DNA of 64,000 nt from NCBI GenBank assembly GCA_963847705.1, contig CAWKBC010000010.1, forward strand, positions 32,001-96,000, given 5' to 3'. Made by a program: the position numbers and the translations under genes. How positions within the stretch are numbered: the stretch's first letter is position 1; every line of letters begins with the position of its first letter. The notes beneath the pieces are model-generated. The model ran no database searches. It was not told the DNA's origin and was given only the letters and a program-made list of their open reading frames with translations. Origin of the DNA: an uncultured Pseudomonadota bacterium (GTDB taxonomy: Bacteria > Myxococcota_A > Polyangia > Fen-1088). Positions 1-10,370 of this stretch are shown here, piece after piece.

Positions 1-1
1 G

Positions 2-808
2 CCGGGCCTCGATCCCCAGATCGCACGGGCGGTGGAACCTTTCCTGGATGATGCCCGCGTCCGGCTGGGACAGCCGGCGACGCCGGGGACCCACGTCGAA
101 CCACCGCGCACCGAGCCCGAGGCCGCCGAACCGCCTCCTGTCGAGGACAAGCCGTCCGCCGAGGCGCACGGGCACGCCGGACCGACGCTCACCCACCACC
201 CCGCCGGCACGGTGACGGTGAGCGGCACGGTGAGCGGCGGCGGACAGATCGGCCCCGGCGGCGCCGTGCTCTGGCTGCGGCGGCTGGACGGCCCCACGCC
301 GCACGTGACCCCCGCGCAGAACCAGATCATCACCCAGCGCGACAAGACCTTCCTGCCGCACGTGCTGGCGGTCCCGCTCGGCACCTCGGTGCAGTTCCGC
401 AACGACGACCGCATCTATCACGACATTTTTTCCATCGCCAAGCCGAACGAGTTCGACGCCGGCATCCGGGCCACCGGCGCGACGTACACCAAGACCTTCA
501 CCCACCCGGGCGTCGTCGAGCTGCTCTGCAACATCCACTCGGCGATGAGCGCCTACGTGCTGGTGGTCGACTCGCCGCTCTACGCCAAGGCGCAGGCGTC
601 GGGCAACTTCGTCGTTCATGGGGTGGCCCCCGGTCGCTACGAGCTGTCGGCCTGGCACGAGGCGGCCTCCACCATCACCCGCAAGCCCATCACCGTGGGA
701 CCGGCAGGCGCCCACGACCTGGCGGTGTCGGTCGGCGGAGACAAGCGACCGAGCCCGTTCGTCCCCGACAAGTACGGGCATAAGCGCCAGCCTCAGCTAG
801 GATACTGA
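2..808 (+). CDS. 5'-truncated cupredoxin-like / carboxypeptidase-regulatory-like domain protein
   Basis: The frame is open from the window start. Type-1 copper-like ligands are present (H-DIFS ... C-N-I-H-SA-M), followed by a C-terminal beta-sandwich (GNFVVHGVAPGRYELSAWH). Confidence 0.7.
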   Translation, partial: PGLDPQIARAVEPFLDDARVRLGQPATPGTHVEPPRTEPEAAEPPPVEDKPSAEAHGHAGPTLTHHPAGTVTVSGTVSGGGQIGPGGAVLWLRRLDGPTPHVTPAQNQIITQRDKTFLPHVLAVPLGTSVQFRNDDRIYHDIFSIAKPNEFDAGIRATGATYTKTFTHPGVVELLCNIHSAMSAYVLVVDSPLYAKAQASGNFVVHGVAPGRYELSAWHEAASTITRKPITVGPAGAHDLAVSVGGDKRPSPFVPDKYGHKRQPQLGY

Positions 809-839
809 CCGCCTTAGACCAGGGGGGCTGTGGACGGAT

Positions 840-920
840 GGGACCCCGCATGGGATCCAGGATAGGACTCGCGACGGGACTCGCGACGGGGCTCGCGATG
901 CGACCGCGACGGGACCCGAA
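840..920. repeat. Degenerate ~12-bp tandem repeat (GGGACTCGCGAC-like)
   Basis: Units read gggaccccgcat/gggatccaggat/aggactcgcgac/gggactcgcgac/ggggctcgcgat/gcgaccgcgac/gggacccg. Confidence 0.65.
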
Positions 921-929
921 AGGGGAGCG

Positions 930-2843
930 GTGAAGAGACGCGCCAGAGCGCTCCTCGCGGCGCTGGCGATCCTCGCCCTGTCGCTGGCCGCGGCCATCGT
1001 CCTGGGGCGCCTCGAGCGCGCGCGCGTCGGCGGGCGGCTGGTCGACGAGGCGCGGGCCGCCGGGCTGCGCGCCTCCGACGGCGTGCGCACGCTGACGGCC
1101 ACCCTCGAGGCGCAGGTCGAAAACGGCACGGCCAACCCGCGCCTGGTCGCCGCGCTCGACGCCAAGGTCGACGAGGCGACGCTGCGCGATCTGCTCTACA
1201 CCGAGCCCTGGTGGGAGCCGTTCCGCCGCTCGGTCGACGGCTTCGGCGTCTACAGCGACGAGACCGCGGCGGTGGTGACCTCGCGGCTCCCTGCCCGATT
1301 CGAGGCGCGCGATCTGGTCCACGACGCGCGGCTCTCGCACCGGACAGCCTCGGGGCTGGTGGTGACCGGCGCGCAGGTGACGGCCGTTGCCGCCGCACCC
1401 GTCGCGCTCACCGATCGCTCGGATTGGCCGGTCCTGCTGGCCACGCGGGCGCTCGACGTCGGGATCCTCTCCGGGATCGCCGAGCGCGCGGGCGCCTCGG
1501 TCGCCCTCTCCGACGGCCGCCGGCTGCTGGTCGTGGCCACCGCCGCGGGTGCGACCGCCGCGCCCGACGCATCGAACGCGCCGGGCCTCGGACCGCTCGC
1601 GCAAGCGCTGGAGCTGCCGGCGCCGGGGGTCGGGACCTACGGCGGCGTGGCCGTGGCCGCGCTGCCGCTGGCCGGCGGGCTGCGCATCCTGGCCGGCGTG
1701 ACGGCGCCAGCGACCGCGCCGGGGGCGCTGCCGCTCCCCGCGGTGGTGCTGACGATCCTGGCGATTGGTCTCGCGCTGGCGATGGGGAGCTTCTTCCTGC
1801 TGGCGCGCCAGACGAAGGTGGACGGCGCTCCGTCCGTCGAGGTGACGACGGCCGGGGCGCTCTCCGTCATCGGTCGCTATACGCTGGTCGATCGCATCGG
1901 CCTGGGGGGGATGGCGGAGATCTACTCGGCCCTCACCACCGGCGAGGGGAGCTTTCGCCGCCCGGTGGTGATCAAGCGGCTGCGCCCCGAGCTGACGGCC
2001 GATCCCAACGCCGTGGCGCAGTTTTGCGACGAGGCCAACCTCCTGGCCGCCTTCCATCACCCGAACATCGTCGCGGTGCACGACTTCGGGCGCTGGGAGA
2101 ACCAGCTCTTCCTGGCCGAGGAGTACGTGCAGGGGCGCGACCTTGGCCGCCTGGTCCCCGCCAGCTTCTCGCGCGACGGCCGCCCGCCCCGGCCCGAGGT
2201 GATCGCCTACGTCGCGCACGAGATCCTGAAGGGGCTCGACTACGCGCACAGCATGGAGAACGAACGCGGTTGGATGGGGATCGTCCACCGCGACGTCTCG
2301 CCGGAGAACATCGTGGTCTCGCCGCGCGGCGAGGTGAAGCTGCTCGACTTCGGCGTGGTCAAGTCGACCGAGGGGCGGGCGGCCAAGACGGAGATCGGGG
2401 TGGTCAAGGGGAACGTGACGTACATGTCCCCCGAGCAGGCGCGGGGCCTGGAGGTCGACGCCCGCGCCGACCTCTTCTCGCTCGCGCTGGTGATGTACTT
2501 CTGCTGCACCGGCTATCCGCTCTACGCCGCCCACACGACCTACGGATTGTTGATGCAGGCGGGGGCCGGCCCGGGCGCCGACGAACGGACCGCCATCCAG
2601 ACGCTCCCCGACCCGATCGCCGCGGTGGTGCAGCGGGCCACCGACGCGGCGCTGGAGAGACGCTACGCCAACGCGCGCGAGATGGGGGCGGATCTGGAAG
2701 CGGCGGCCCGACAAGGTGGAGGCCCAGCCGCCGCGCTGGTGGCCGAGCTGTTCGGACCCGAGCTCAAGGAGGAGGCGCACCGGATGGCGAGCTTCCCGAT
2801 GGACGGAGCGCCCGTGCTGGCGGTCGACGTCTCGTCGCGCTGA
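930..2843 (+). CDS. Membrane Ser/Thr protein kinase with N-terminal extracytoplasmic domain
   Basis: Kinase motifs GLGGMAEIY, VVIKRL, HRDVSPEN, DFG and YMSPEQ. Two hydrophobic segments flank a periplasmic region. Confidence 0.92.
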   Translation: MKRRARALLAALAILALSLAAAIVLGRLERARVGGRLVDEARAAGLRASDGVRTLTATLEAQVENGTANPRLVAALDAKVDEATLRDLLYTEPWWEPFRRSVDGFGVYSDETAAVVTSRLPARFEARDLVHDARLSHRTASGLVVTGAQVTAVAAAPVALTDRSDWPVLLATRALDVGILSGIAERAGASVALSDGRRLLVVATAAGATAAPDASNAPGLGPLAQALELPAPGVGTYGGVAVAALPLAGGLRILAGVTAPATAPGALPLPAVVLTILAIGLALAMGSFFLLARQTKVDGAPSVEVTTAGALSVIGRYTLVDRIGLGGMAEIYSALTTGEGSFRRPVVIKRLRPELTADPNAVAQFCDEANLLAAFHHPNIVAVHDFGRWENQLFLAEEYVQGRDLGRLVPASFSRDGRPPRPEVIAYVAHEILKGLDYAHSMENERGWMGIVHRDVSPENIVVSPRGEVKLLDFGVVKSTEGRAAKTEIGVVKGNVTYMSPEQARGLEVDARADLFSLALVMYFCCTGYPLYAAHTTYGLLMQAGAGPGADERTAIQTLPDPIAAVVQRATDAALERRYANAREMGADLEAAARQGGGPAAALVAELFGPELKEEAHRMASFPMDGAPVLAVDVSSR

Positions 2844-2909
2844 GCGCCGCGCCCTGGCCGGCGGTCGGCGCGCCGAGCGCCCCGCCAGCCGAGCGGCCGG
2901 AACGCCGGC

Positions 2910-3713
2910 TCAGCGCAGAATCGCCTCGAGCGAGATCGTCAGCAGGAAGCCGGCCACCAGCCCCGCCGAGGCGACCCCTTCGTTCCCGTGGCTGTGCGAT
3001 TCGGGGATGATCTCGTTCGACGTCACGTAGGTGAGCGTCCCGCCGGCCAGCGCCAGCACGAACGGCATCGTCGCCACCGCCACGCCCGCCATCAGCTCGC
3101 CCAGGACGGCGGCGGCCGGGATGACCAGGCCGGTGAGCGCGACGATCGTGAACCCACGCCAGCGCTCCACCCCCTCGTGGCGCAGAGGGGCCGACATCAC
3201 GATCCCTTCACACACGTTCTGCACGCCGATGGCGACCGCCAGCAGGATCCCGAGGTGCATGGTGCGCGGGACCGCGAACCCCGCTCCGATCGCCAGCCCT
3301 TCGGGGATCCGGTGCAGGCTGAGCGCCCCGACGACCGCATAGGCGCGCCGCGGGGAGAGCGCCGGCTGGGGATCGTGCATGTCGTGTCCGGGCTCATGCC
3401 CCAGGTGCTCGTGGTGACCGCCGGCGTGCTGGTGCGGGATCAGGCGATCCATCGCGGCGGCGATCCCGGCGCCGACCGCGAAGCCGGAGACCACCAGCGC
3501 GAACCGCCCCAGGTGGAAGACGCCCCCGTCGTTGACGCCGCCGAGAGCCTCGGCGACGAGACCCAGCGTCGCCGCCGCCAGCATCAGCCCCGCGCCGAGG
3601 CCCAGGATTCCGTCGTAGGTTTTGCGAGGAAGCTCGCGCACGAACAGGAACGGCAGCGCCCCCAGGCTGGTGGCCAGCCCGGAGATGGCGGCGGGAAGAG
3701 TTCCGGCACCCAA
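2910..3713 (-). CDS. ZIP family (ZupT/GufA-like) metal transporter
   Basis: GLATSLGALP, a His-rich loop, LHRIPEGLAIG, QNVCEG and EIIPESH. Start uncertain (TTG at 3713 chosen). Confidence 0.88.
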   Translation of the reverse strand: MGAGTLPAAISGLATSLGALPFLFVRELPRKTYDGILGLGAGLMLAAATLGLVAEALGGVNDGGVFHLGRFALVVSGFAVGAGIAAAMDRLIPHQHAGGHHEHLGHEPGHDMHDPQPALSPRRAYAVVGALSLHRIPEGLAIGAGFAVPRTMHLGILLAVAIGVQNVCEGIVMSAPLRHEGVERWRGFTIVALTGLVIPAAAVLGELMAGVAVATMPFVLALAGGTLTYVTSNEIIPESHSHGNEGVASAGLVAGFLLTISLEAILR

Positions 3714-3738
3714 GGTCAGCTCACTATATACAGAGACG

Positions 3739-4452
3739 ATGTCGGGGCCAGGCGCGCAGACGGTAGAAAAACTGACCACGGTTTACCTCGCCTTCGGCTC
3801 GAACCTGGGCGACCGCGCGCGAACGATCGCCCGGGCGATCGAGCTGCTCGCGGCGGGCGGGGTCGTCCCCCTGGCGCGCTCGCCGCTCTATGAGACCGAT
3901 CCGGTCGCACCCGATCCACAGCCCGACTACCTGAACGCCGTGCTGCGCGCGAAGACGGCGCTGGGTCCGCACGCGTTGCTGTCGCTCGCCCTGGAGGTCG
4001 AGCGGGCGCTCGGCCGACGCCGGCCGGCCGGCCGCCCGCTGGCGCCGCGGGAGATCGACGTCGACCTCCTGCTCTATGGTGCCGAGGTGATCGCCGACCC
4101 GCCGGCGCTGATCGTCCCCCACCCGCGCCTCCTCGAGCGCCCGTTCGTGCGCATCCCCCTTCGCGACGTGGCGGCGCCGGGGCTGCGCCACCCCGTCACC
4201 GGCGAGCCCCTCGATCGCGCGGCGCCCGATCCGTCGGTCAGACCGGCGGGGGCGCGGGACCCATTCAGGGTCCCGAATGAAGCCGGATCAAACCCCGGCC
4301 AGGCGGCGCCTGAAATCCTCGATGGTCGCCGAGATGCCCTCTTCCAGGGAGATCTTGGGGCCCCAATTGTCGAGCAGCTTCTGGGCGCGGGAGATGTCGG
4401 GCTTCCGGCGGGTCGGATCGTCCTTGGGCAGCGGGGCCCTGATGATCTCTGA
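3739..4452 (+). CDS. folK: 2-amino-4-hydroxy-6-hydroxymethyldihydropteridine pyrophosphokinase
   Basis: [31 protein letters not shown] and [11 protein letters not shown]. The 3' end overlaps the convergent gene. Confidence 0.9.
   Translation: MSGPGAQTVEKLTTVYLAFGSNLGDRARTIARAIELLAAGGVVPLARSPLYETDPVAPDPQPDYLNAVLRAKTALGPHALLSLALEVERALGRRRPAGRPLAPREIDVDLLLYGAEVIADPPALIVPHPRLLERPFVRIPLRDVAAPGLRHPVTGEPLDRAAPDPSVRPAGARDPFRVPNEAGSNPGQAAPEILDGRRDALFQGDLGAPIVEQLLGAGDVGLPAGRIVLGQRGPDDL
4255..4275. terminator. 8-bp stem-loop just downstream of the convergent uxs stop codon
   Basis: cgggaccc-attca-gggtcccg is a perfect inverted repeat but has no U-tract. Confidence 0.35.
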
Positions 4453-5235
4453 CGACGATTTGGCCAGACGCTTGGTCATCTCCGCCAGCTCGAGGACCGT
4501 GGTCTCGCGCGGGTTGCCGAGGTTGACCGGATCGACGCCGTGCTCGCTGGCCATCAGCCGCACGAAACCCTCCAGCAGATCGGAGACGTAGCAGAACGAG
4601 CGGGTCTGTTGCCCCTCACCGTAGACGGTGATCGGCTCTCCGCGCAGCGCCTGCACGACGAAGTTCGACACCACCCGCCCGTCGTTCTCGTGCATGCGCG
4701 GCCCGTAGGTGTTGAAGATGCGGGCGATGCGCACCTCGACCGAATACTGCCGCGCGTACGACACGGCCAGCGACTCGGCGCAGCGCTTCCCCTCGTCGTA
4801 GCAGGCACGCGGCCCGATCGGGTTGACGTTCCCCCAGTAGCTCTCGCGCTGCGGGTGCTCGATCGGATCGCCGTAGACCTCGGAGGTCGAGGCGATGAGG
4901 ATCCGCGCCCGGACCTCGCGGGCCAGGTCCAGCATGTTGAGCGTCCCCTCGACGGCGGTGCGGATGGTGCGCACGGGGTTGCGCTGGTAGTGAATCGGCG
5001 AGGCGGGGCAGGCCAGATGGTAGACCTGATCGACCTCCATCGTGATCGGCTCCGTCACGTCGTGGCGCACCAGCTCGAAGCGGTGATGGTCCAGCAGGTG
5101 CTCGATGTTGGCACGCGAGCCGGTGAAGAAGTTGTCGAGGCAGACCACCTCGTGCCCCTCTTTGAGGAGACGATCGCAGAGGTGGGAACCGACAAATCCC
5201 GAGCCTCCACTGACCAGAATTCGTTGTCGCGACAT
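4288..5235 (-). CDS. uxs: UDP-glucuronic acid decarboxylase (UDP-xylose synthase, SDR family)
   Basis: [57 protein letters not shown]. Confidence 0.93.
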   Translation of the reverse strand: MSRQRILVSGGSGFVGSHLCDRLLKEGHEVVCLDNFFTGSRANIEHLLDHHRFELVRHDVTEPITMEVDQVYHLACPASPIHYQRNPVRTIRTAVEGTLNMLDLAREVRARILIASTSEVYGDPIEHPQRESYWGNVNPIGPRACYDEGKRCAESLAVSYARQYSVEVRIARIFNTYGPRMHENDGRVVSNFVVQALRGEPITVYGEGQQTRSFCYVSDLLEGFVRLMASEHGVDPVNLGNPRETTVLELAEMTKRLAKSSSEIIRAPLPKDDPTRRKPDISRAQKLLDNWGPKISLEEGISATIEDFRRRLAGV

Positions 5236-5301
5236 CGCGCGTTCATACCTCCGATCGGTCCCGAAGTGGCGCCCCTTTTTGCCCGTGATACCATCCTTCA
5301 C

Positions 5302-5631
5302 ATGTCCGAAGTGGCCCAGGAACGTCGCGGTGGCCCGAGGATTCCGCTGGAGATGTGGGTCGAGGAGACCACCGGCTCCGAGCGCTACTTCCGGCGCGCG
5401 GGCAATCTGTCGCGGGGCGGCCTCCGCCTCGAGCACACCATTCCATTGCCCGCGGGGACCAAGGTGAACCTCACCTTCACGCTGCCGGGGGACAAGGCTC
5501 CCATCGAGGTGACCGGCGAGATCGTGTCGGCCACCGCTCCCGAGGACCTGCGGATGGGGGTGAAGTTCACCAACCTCGGCGCGGAGGCCCGCGTGCGGAT
5601 CGACGCCTTCTTGGCCCGCGCCGGCGCCTGA
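5302..5631 (+). CDS. Stand-alone PilZ domain protein
   Basis: c-di-GMP motifs ERRGGPR (RxxxR) and NLSRGG (D/NxSxxG), plus MGVKF. Confidence 0.88.
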   Translation: MSEVAQERRGGPRIPLEMWVEETTGSERYFRRAGNLSRGGLRLEHTIPLPAGTKVNLTFTLPGDKAPIEVTGEIVSATAPEDLRMGVKFTNLGAEARVRIDAFLARAGA

Positions 5632-5720
5632 CCGTCGCCTCAGCTCAGATCGCCAGGGCCAAAGCCCATCCGCGAAGCCCCATTTACGAAGGCGCCGCGC
5701 TCGGTCTAAGTTAGCGGCGC

Positions 5721-6962
5721 ATGGTCCGCCGCACCTCGGGCACCGCCCTTTTGGCCCTGTTTTTGGCCCTCCCGCTGGTCGCCTCCCCGGCGTCGGCGCG
5801 CGAAAAAGATCCCAGGCCGCTCGAGCCTCTTTGGTCGATCAAGCCGCACGAGGGCACGCCGGGAGAGGGCGACGGCTACTTCGACGAGGTCTTCGGGCTC
5901 GACGACGCCGGCAAGCAGCTGGCGGTCATCCGCGGCGACGGCGCGACCTTCTCGAAGATCGAGACCTACGATCTCGAGGCCAAACCTCCGAGGTTGACCG
6001 CTTCGTTCGATCCCCCGAGCAAGAACCTGATCATCACGCGCATCGAGCTGCTGCCGGCCGGCAAGGGGATGGTCCTCATCGGGCGCGACAGGCCCGACGA
6101 CAGCGCCCCGCTCACCGCCTTCCTGGTCGACATGACCGGAAAGGTCTCCGCCAAGGTCGGCCCCGTGACGGCCTTCGAGCGGCCGCCTCAGGATGGCACG
6201 CCGCGCGCCACCCTGCTGGTCGCCTTCGACCGCAAGCTCGGCGGACGTGGGGCGGAAGCGACCTACACCGTCACCCCCTACACGCTGGCGACCCTGGCAC
6301 CGACCGGCCAGCTCGGAAAGCCACGCGCCTACAAGACCGACGTGGCAGGCGGGCTCAAGGCGCCGCCGGTCCGCCTCATCGGCTTCTACGAGGGATATAC
6401 GCGGATCCTGGGCGAGAAGCCGGGCGCCTACGACAAGGCGACCGATGTGCGTCAACCGCCCAAGAAGGTCGTCGTCGACGCGCTGACCGGCAAGACCGCC
6501 AGTGAAACCGAGATCGCCGATCCGGTCGGCTGGGCCGTCACCGGCCAGCTGCGCCGCGACCATCCCGGACAATCTCTCTTCGTCGACCTCAATCAAGACG
6601 GCTCGGGTGTCGATGTGATCGATGCGATGGGGAAAAAGGTTCCCGCCTCGCTGGAGGTCCCGTTCCATCTCTACGATCCCAAGACGCTTCTCTTCGAGGA
6701 AGGGCCGGCGCCCAACCAGCTGACGTTCGGGATCGGCGTCGATCCGCTGAACCCCGAGGCGATCAAGCGCAAGAAGGCGGAGCTGCCGATGCTCGACCTC
6801 TACGTCGCCGACACTGCCGACGGGGCGATCAAGGCGCGCGGGCGGGTCTTCACGCCACGTCCCGTGACCTATCGCGCCAGGGCCCAGACGCTGGTGGTGT
6901 TGAAGCGCTTCAAGAGCTTCGCCCGAGGGGGCGATGAGTTTCAGATCTTCGAGCTCCGTTAG
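5721..6962 (+). CDS. Secreted hypothetical protein, beta-rich
   Basis: Sec signal peptide (ASPASA), 413 aa, typical codon bias, overlaps the next gene. Confidence 0.7.
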   Translation: MVRRTSGTALLALFLALPLVASPASAREKDPRPLEPLWSIKPHEGTPGEGDGYFDEVFGLDDAGKQLAVIRGDGATFSKIETYDLEAKPPRLTASFDPPSKNLIITRIELLPAGKGMVLIGRDRPDDSAPLTAFLVDMTGKVSAKVGPVTAFERPPQDGTPRATLLVAFDRKLGGRGAEATYTVTPYTLATLAPTGQLGKPRAYKTDVAGGLKAPPVRLIGFYEGYTRILGEKPGAYDKATDVRQPPKKVVVDALTGKTASETEIADPVGWAVTGQLRRDHPGQSLFVDLNQDGSGVDVIDAMGKKVPASLEVPFHLYDPKTLLFEEGPAPNQLTFGIGVDPLNPEAIKRKKAELPMLDLYVADTADGAIKARGRVFTPRPVTYRARAQTLVVLKRFKSFARGGDEFQIFELR

Positions 6963-7908
6963 CGCGGTCGCGCTGGCGCTCTGTCTTCTGTCCGCCTGCA
7001 GCCAGGTGCGCGGACGCAAGCGAATCCGCGAGGCGAACGAGCTCTACCACCGCGGCAAGTACGCCGAGGCGGTGACGCTCTACCAGGAGGCGGAGGCGAT
7101 GGTCCCGGAACTGCCCGCGCTCTGGCTGAATGAGGGCTACACCTGCCGGCAGCTGATCGCGCCCGGCGGTCACGATCCCGAGAGCCGCCGGGCCGCCGGC
7201 TGCGCGCTCGAGGCCTTCCGCCGGCTCGGCGAGGTGGCGCCCAGGGATCCGCGCGCCGGCGAGCTGACCTTGCAGACCTGGTTCGACATGCAGGATTATC
7301 CGTCGCTGGAGGCCGCGTACCTCGAGCGCCGCCGCCAGGCGCCCGACGACCTCGACGCGGTCCACGGCCTCCAGGACGTCTACTTCAAGTGGGGGAAGTG
7401 GCCGGAGGCGCTGGAGTGGTCGAAGCGGGCGGCGGCGCTGCGCGCCGACGACGCCGAGGCGCAATACGGCGTCGGCACCTTCGTCTGGCAGATCCTCTCC
7501 ACCCACGGCGGCGGCGCGCAGATGGCGGGCTACAGCCCCTGGCCCGACGTGGCCGGGGCCACGGGCTCGATGACCGTCGCGCCCCCGGCGGCCGCCAGCG
7601 GCGACATCACCGACAGCGCGCGCGTGGCGCTGGCCGATCAGGGGATCGCCTATCTGGAAAAGGCCCTCGCCCGGCGCCCCCGCTATCCGGAGGCGATGAC
7701 CTACCTGGCGCTGCTCTGGCGGCAAAAGTCGTTCGCCTTCTTCACCGATCCGATCGCCTGGCAGGGGGCCGTCGACGAGGCGGACACCTGGCAGCAGCGC
7801 GCAGCGATCTGTCGCGGGGACCCTCAAAGGGTCCCCGATCCCCCCCGCGAAGGACTTCGCCAAGCAGAGCTTGGCTCCGACGCGAACGCCCGTGCCGGAA
7901 GCTTGTGA
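6934..7908 (+). CDS. TPR-repeat lipoprotein
   Basis: Lipobox LLSA-C and TPR-like helices (ANELYHRGKYAEAVTLYQEA; LEKALARRPRYPEAMTYLALL). Confidence 0.8.
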   Translation: MSFRSSSSVSAVALALCLLSACSQVRGRKRIREANELYHRGKYAEAVTLYQEAEAMVPELPALWLNEGYTCRQLIAPGGHDPESRRAAGCALEAFRRLGEVAPRDPRAGELTLQTWFDMQDYPSLEAAYLERRRQAPDDLDAVHGLQDVYFKWGKWPEALEWSKRAAALRADDAEAQYGVGTFVWQILSTHGGGAQMAGYSPWPDVAGATGSMTVAPPAAASGDITDSARVALADQGIAYLEKALARRPRYPEAMTYLALLWRQKSFAFFTDPIAWQGAVDEADTWQQRAAICRGDPQRVPDPPREGLRQAELGSDANARAGSL

Positions 7909-7911
7909 TCG

Positions 7912-8688
7912 GTGGCGTTCGAGGCCTTTCGCGCGGAGTCTCGGCCACGCCCGGCGCGCGGGCGGCTCACGGTTGCGCTGTCGATCGCCTTTCACGGCGC
8001 CCTGCTGGCGGCGGGGATCGCCTATTCGTTCTGGCACGTCGACGAGCTGACGCCGCCGTCGGTGAAGGTGACCTTCCTGTCAGCCGCGCCGCCACCGCCG
8101 CCCCCTCCCCCGCCCGCCGGTGGCGGCGGAGCGGCCCGCAAGAAGGCGGTGGTCAAGCCGAAGACCGCGATCAAGCCGACCGACCTGGTCCAGCCGCGCG
8201 AGACGCCCGAGGAGAAGCCGAAGGAGAGCAAGCCCGACCCGAGCGACGGCCCCGGCGAGCGGGGCGGCGTCAAAGGGGGCGTCATCGGCGGGACCATCGG
8301 GGGCACGATCGGCGGGACCATCGGCGGCAAGATCGGTGGAGAGATCGGAGGCACCAAGGGGGGCGTCATCGGCGGGACGGTCGGCGGAACCGGGCCGGCG
8401 CGGAAGTTCCTGCCGCCGAACATGGGTGCCTTGCAGAAAGAATCGGGTGAGATGCCGGCGCTCCCTCCATCCCTGAACCGCGCCGGCGCCAGCTACGTGG
8501 TGAGCGCCAAGATCTGCGTGGCGCGCACGGGCACCGTCGAGAGCGTCACCGTCGTTCAGCGCGCCGATTCGTTGCTCGACGACGACGTCGTACGCGCCGT
8601 GAAGGGGTGGCGCTACCGCCCGCTCATGGCGGACAACCTCGCCGTCCCGTTCTGTTACTTCGGACGGTTCGAGTTCACGAGCCACTGA
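7912..8688 (+). CDS. tonB: TonB family energy transducer
   Basis: N-terminal TM with SIAFH (SxxxH), poly-Pro segment, GG(V/T)I repeats and a C-terminal TonB domain (AVKGWRYRP). Confidence 0.88.
   Translation: MAFEAFRAESRPRPARGRLTVALSIAFHGALLAAGIAYSFWHVDELTPPSVKVTFLSAAPPPPPPPPPAGGGGAARKKAVVKPKTAIKPTDLVQPRETPEEKPKESKPDPSDGPGERGGVKGGVIGGTIGGTIGGTIGGKIGGEIGGTKGGVIGGTVGGTGPARKFLPPNMGALQKESGEMPALPPSLNRAGASYVVSAKICVARTGTVESVTVVQRADSLLDDDVVRAVKGWRYRPLMADNLAVPFCYFGRFEFTSH
8264..8392 (+). repeat. 12-bp coding tandem repeat (GG[VT]I)n in TonB
   Basis: Translates as GGVKGGVIGGTIGGTIGGTIGGKIGGEIGGTKGGVIGGTVGGTG. Confidence 0.85.
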
Positions 8689-8715
8689 CAGGAAGCCGTA
8701 AAAAGGGGAGACACG

Positions 8716-9405
8716 ATGGACTTCACGCTGGTCGGACTCTGGAACGAGATGGGCTTCACCGCCCGGGCGGTCGTGGTGGTGTTGATCGTCATGTCGCTCT
8801 ACGCGCTGGCCATCGCGGGCGATCGGCTGCTCACCTTCCGCAAGGGGCGCAAGCAGTCGCGCGGCTACGTCGAGGCGCTGGCGCCGCTGGTCGAGGCGGC
8901 CGGACGGCTGCGCGAGGCGGTCGGCCTGGAGAAGCGCTTCGTCGGCAGCCCCGTGGCCAAGGTGATCGGCGCCGGGCTGCACGAGTACGCCCGCGGTCTG
9001 GACCGCCCGGCCGGGAGCGGCACGCTGCCGTCGTTCGACGTCGCCGAGATCGTCAACCGGGTGATGGAGCGGAACAAGGAGCGGGAGCTGGCCGGGTTGC
9101 GGCGCGGGATGCCGGTGCTGGCGACGGTCGCCTCGTCGGCTCCGTTCGTGGGTCTCTTCGGCACCGTGGGGGGCATCATCACCGCCTTCCAGAAGCTCTC
9201 CGACCCGACCAAGGGGGGCGGCGGCATCGGGACCGTCTCGGCCGGCATCGCCGAGGCGCTCATCACCACCGCCGTCGGGCTCGGCGTGGCCATCATCGCC
9301 GTCTGGTTCTACAACTACTTCACCGCCCGGCTCGACGACCTGACCATCGACATCGACGAGACCGCCTCCGAGCTGGTCGACACCATCCTGCGGGGCGGCG
9401 TGTGA
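8716..9405 (+). CDS. exbB: MotA/TolQ/ExbB proton channel protein
   Basis: LATVASSAPFVGLFGTVGGI and GIAEALITTAVGL; SD-like GGGGAG upstream. Confidence 0.92.
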   Translation: MDFTLVGLWNEMGFTARAVVVVLIVMSLYALAIAGDRLLTFRKGRKQSRGYVEALAPLVEAAGRLREAVGLEKRFVGSPVAKVIGAGLHEYARGLDRPAGSGTLPSFDVAEIVNRVMERNKERELAGLRRGMPVLATVASSAPFVGLFGTVGGIITAFQKLSDPTKGGGGIGTVSAGIAEALITTAVGLGVAIIAVWFYNYFTARLDDLTIDIDETASELVDTILRGGV

Positions 9406-9926
9406 GCGAGCCAGCCGGACGATTACCGCCGGCTGCGCCGCCGGCTGCACCGTTGGCTGCCCCTCGCCGCCGCCGGCACCTGGCGGTCAAGCGCCACCCC
9501 AAGGGGCAGGTGCGGGCGGAGATCAACGTGACCCCGCTCGTCGACGTGACGCTGGTGCTGCTCATCATCTTCATGGTGGTCACCCCGATGATTGTCCGTG
9601 GCGTGAGCGTGGAACTGCCGCTCACCAGCCACCACGACCGGAAGAACGACGACAACAAGGATCTGATCGTGTCGATCAACGCCAGCGGCGACATTTACGT
9701 CAACGCCGACAAGGTCCCCCCCGGCGAGCTGACCGCCGCCGTGGCCGAGGAGCGGCGCCGCTACCCCGACAAGGGCGTCTTCGTCAAAGCCGACCGCCGG
9801 ATTCACTACGGCGAAGCGCGCGCGGTGATGGAGTCGATTCACCGCGCCGGCGTCGAGGACGTCCAGCTCGGCACCGAAGAGCAGAAGCCGGCTTCAGGCC
9901 AGGCCCAGGCGGAGGGCGCGCGCTAG
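9402..9926 (+). CDS. exbD: ExbD/TolR protein 1
   Basis: EINVTPLVDVTLVLLIIFMV and VKAD; GTGA overlap with the exbB stop. Confidence 0.9.
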   Translation: MSEPAGRLPPAAPPAAPLAAPRRRRHLAVKRHPKGQVRAEINVTPLVDVTLVLLIIFMVVTPMIVRGVSVELPLTSHHDRKNDDNKDLIVSINASGDIYVNADKVPPGELTAAVAEERRRYPDKGVFVKADRRIHYGEARAVMESIHRAGVEDVQLGTEEQKPASGQAQAEGAR

Positions 9927-10343
9927 ATGGCCTTCTCCGTCGGCAACGGCAAGCGCGGCCCCCAGGCGGAGATCAACGTCACCCCGCTCATCGACGTGGT
10001 GCTGGTGCTGCTCATCATCTTCATGGTGATGACGCCGGTGATGCTCAAGGAGCTGGTGGCCAAGGTGCCGCAGAAGCAGACCGAGAACGTGCCGCTCCCC
10101 CCGGGGGAGACCACCATCGTGGTCGAGCTGGACGCGCACGATCAGCTGTCGCTCAACGGCGAGGGCGTCGCCCCCGAAGCGCTGGGAAGCAAGGTCGGCG
10201 ACCGGCTGGCCCACGATCGCCAGAAGGTCGTCTTCTTCAAGATCGCCGACGACGCCAACTATGGGCGCGCCGTTCGCATCATGGACATCTGCAAGGGCGC
10301 GGGCGCGAAGACACTCGGGATCGTCACCAAAGACGATCGCTGA
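9927..10343 (+). CDS. exbD: ExbD/TolR protein 2
   Basis: EINVTPLIDVVLVLLIIFMV; directly abuts the previous gene. Confidence 0.9.
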   Translation: MAFSVGNGKRGPQAEINVTPLIDVVLVLLIIFMVMTPVMLKELVAKVPQKQTENVPLPPGETTIVVELDAHDQLSLNGEGVAPEALGSKVGDRLAHDRQKVVFFKIADDANYGRAVRIMDICKGAGAKTLGIVTKDDR

Positions 10344-10370
10344 TTCCGTCAACTGCGCCGCCAGTCGAGC

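Noticed and set aside
8716-10343. AglR/Q/S gliding motor
   Set aside because: It has the same one-TolQ-plus-two-TolR layout, but the adjacent TonB and TBDT and the canonical ExbD motifs favour a Ton system. It cannot be excluded without a phylogeny.
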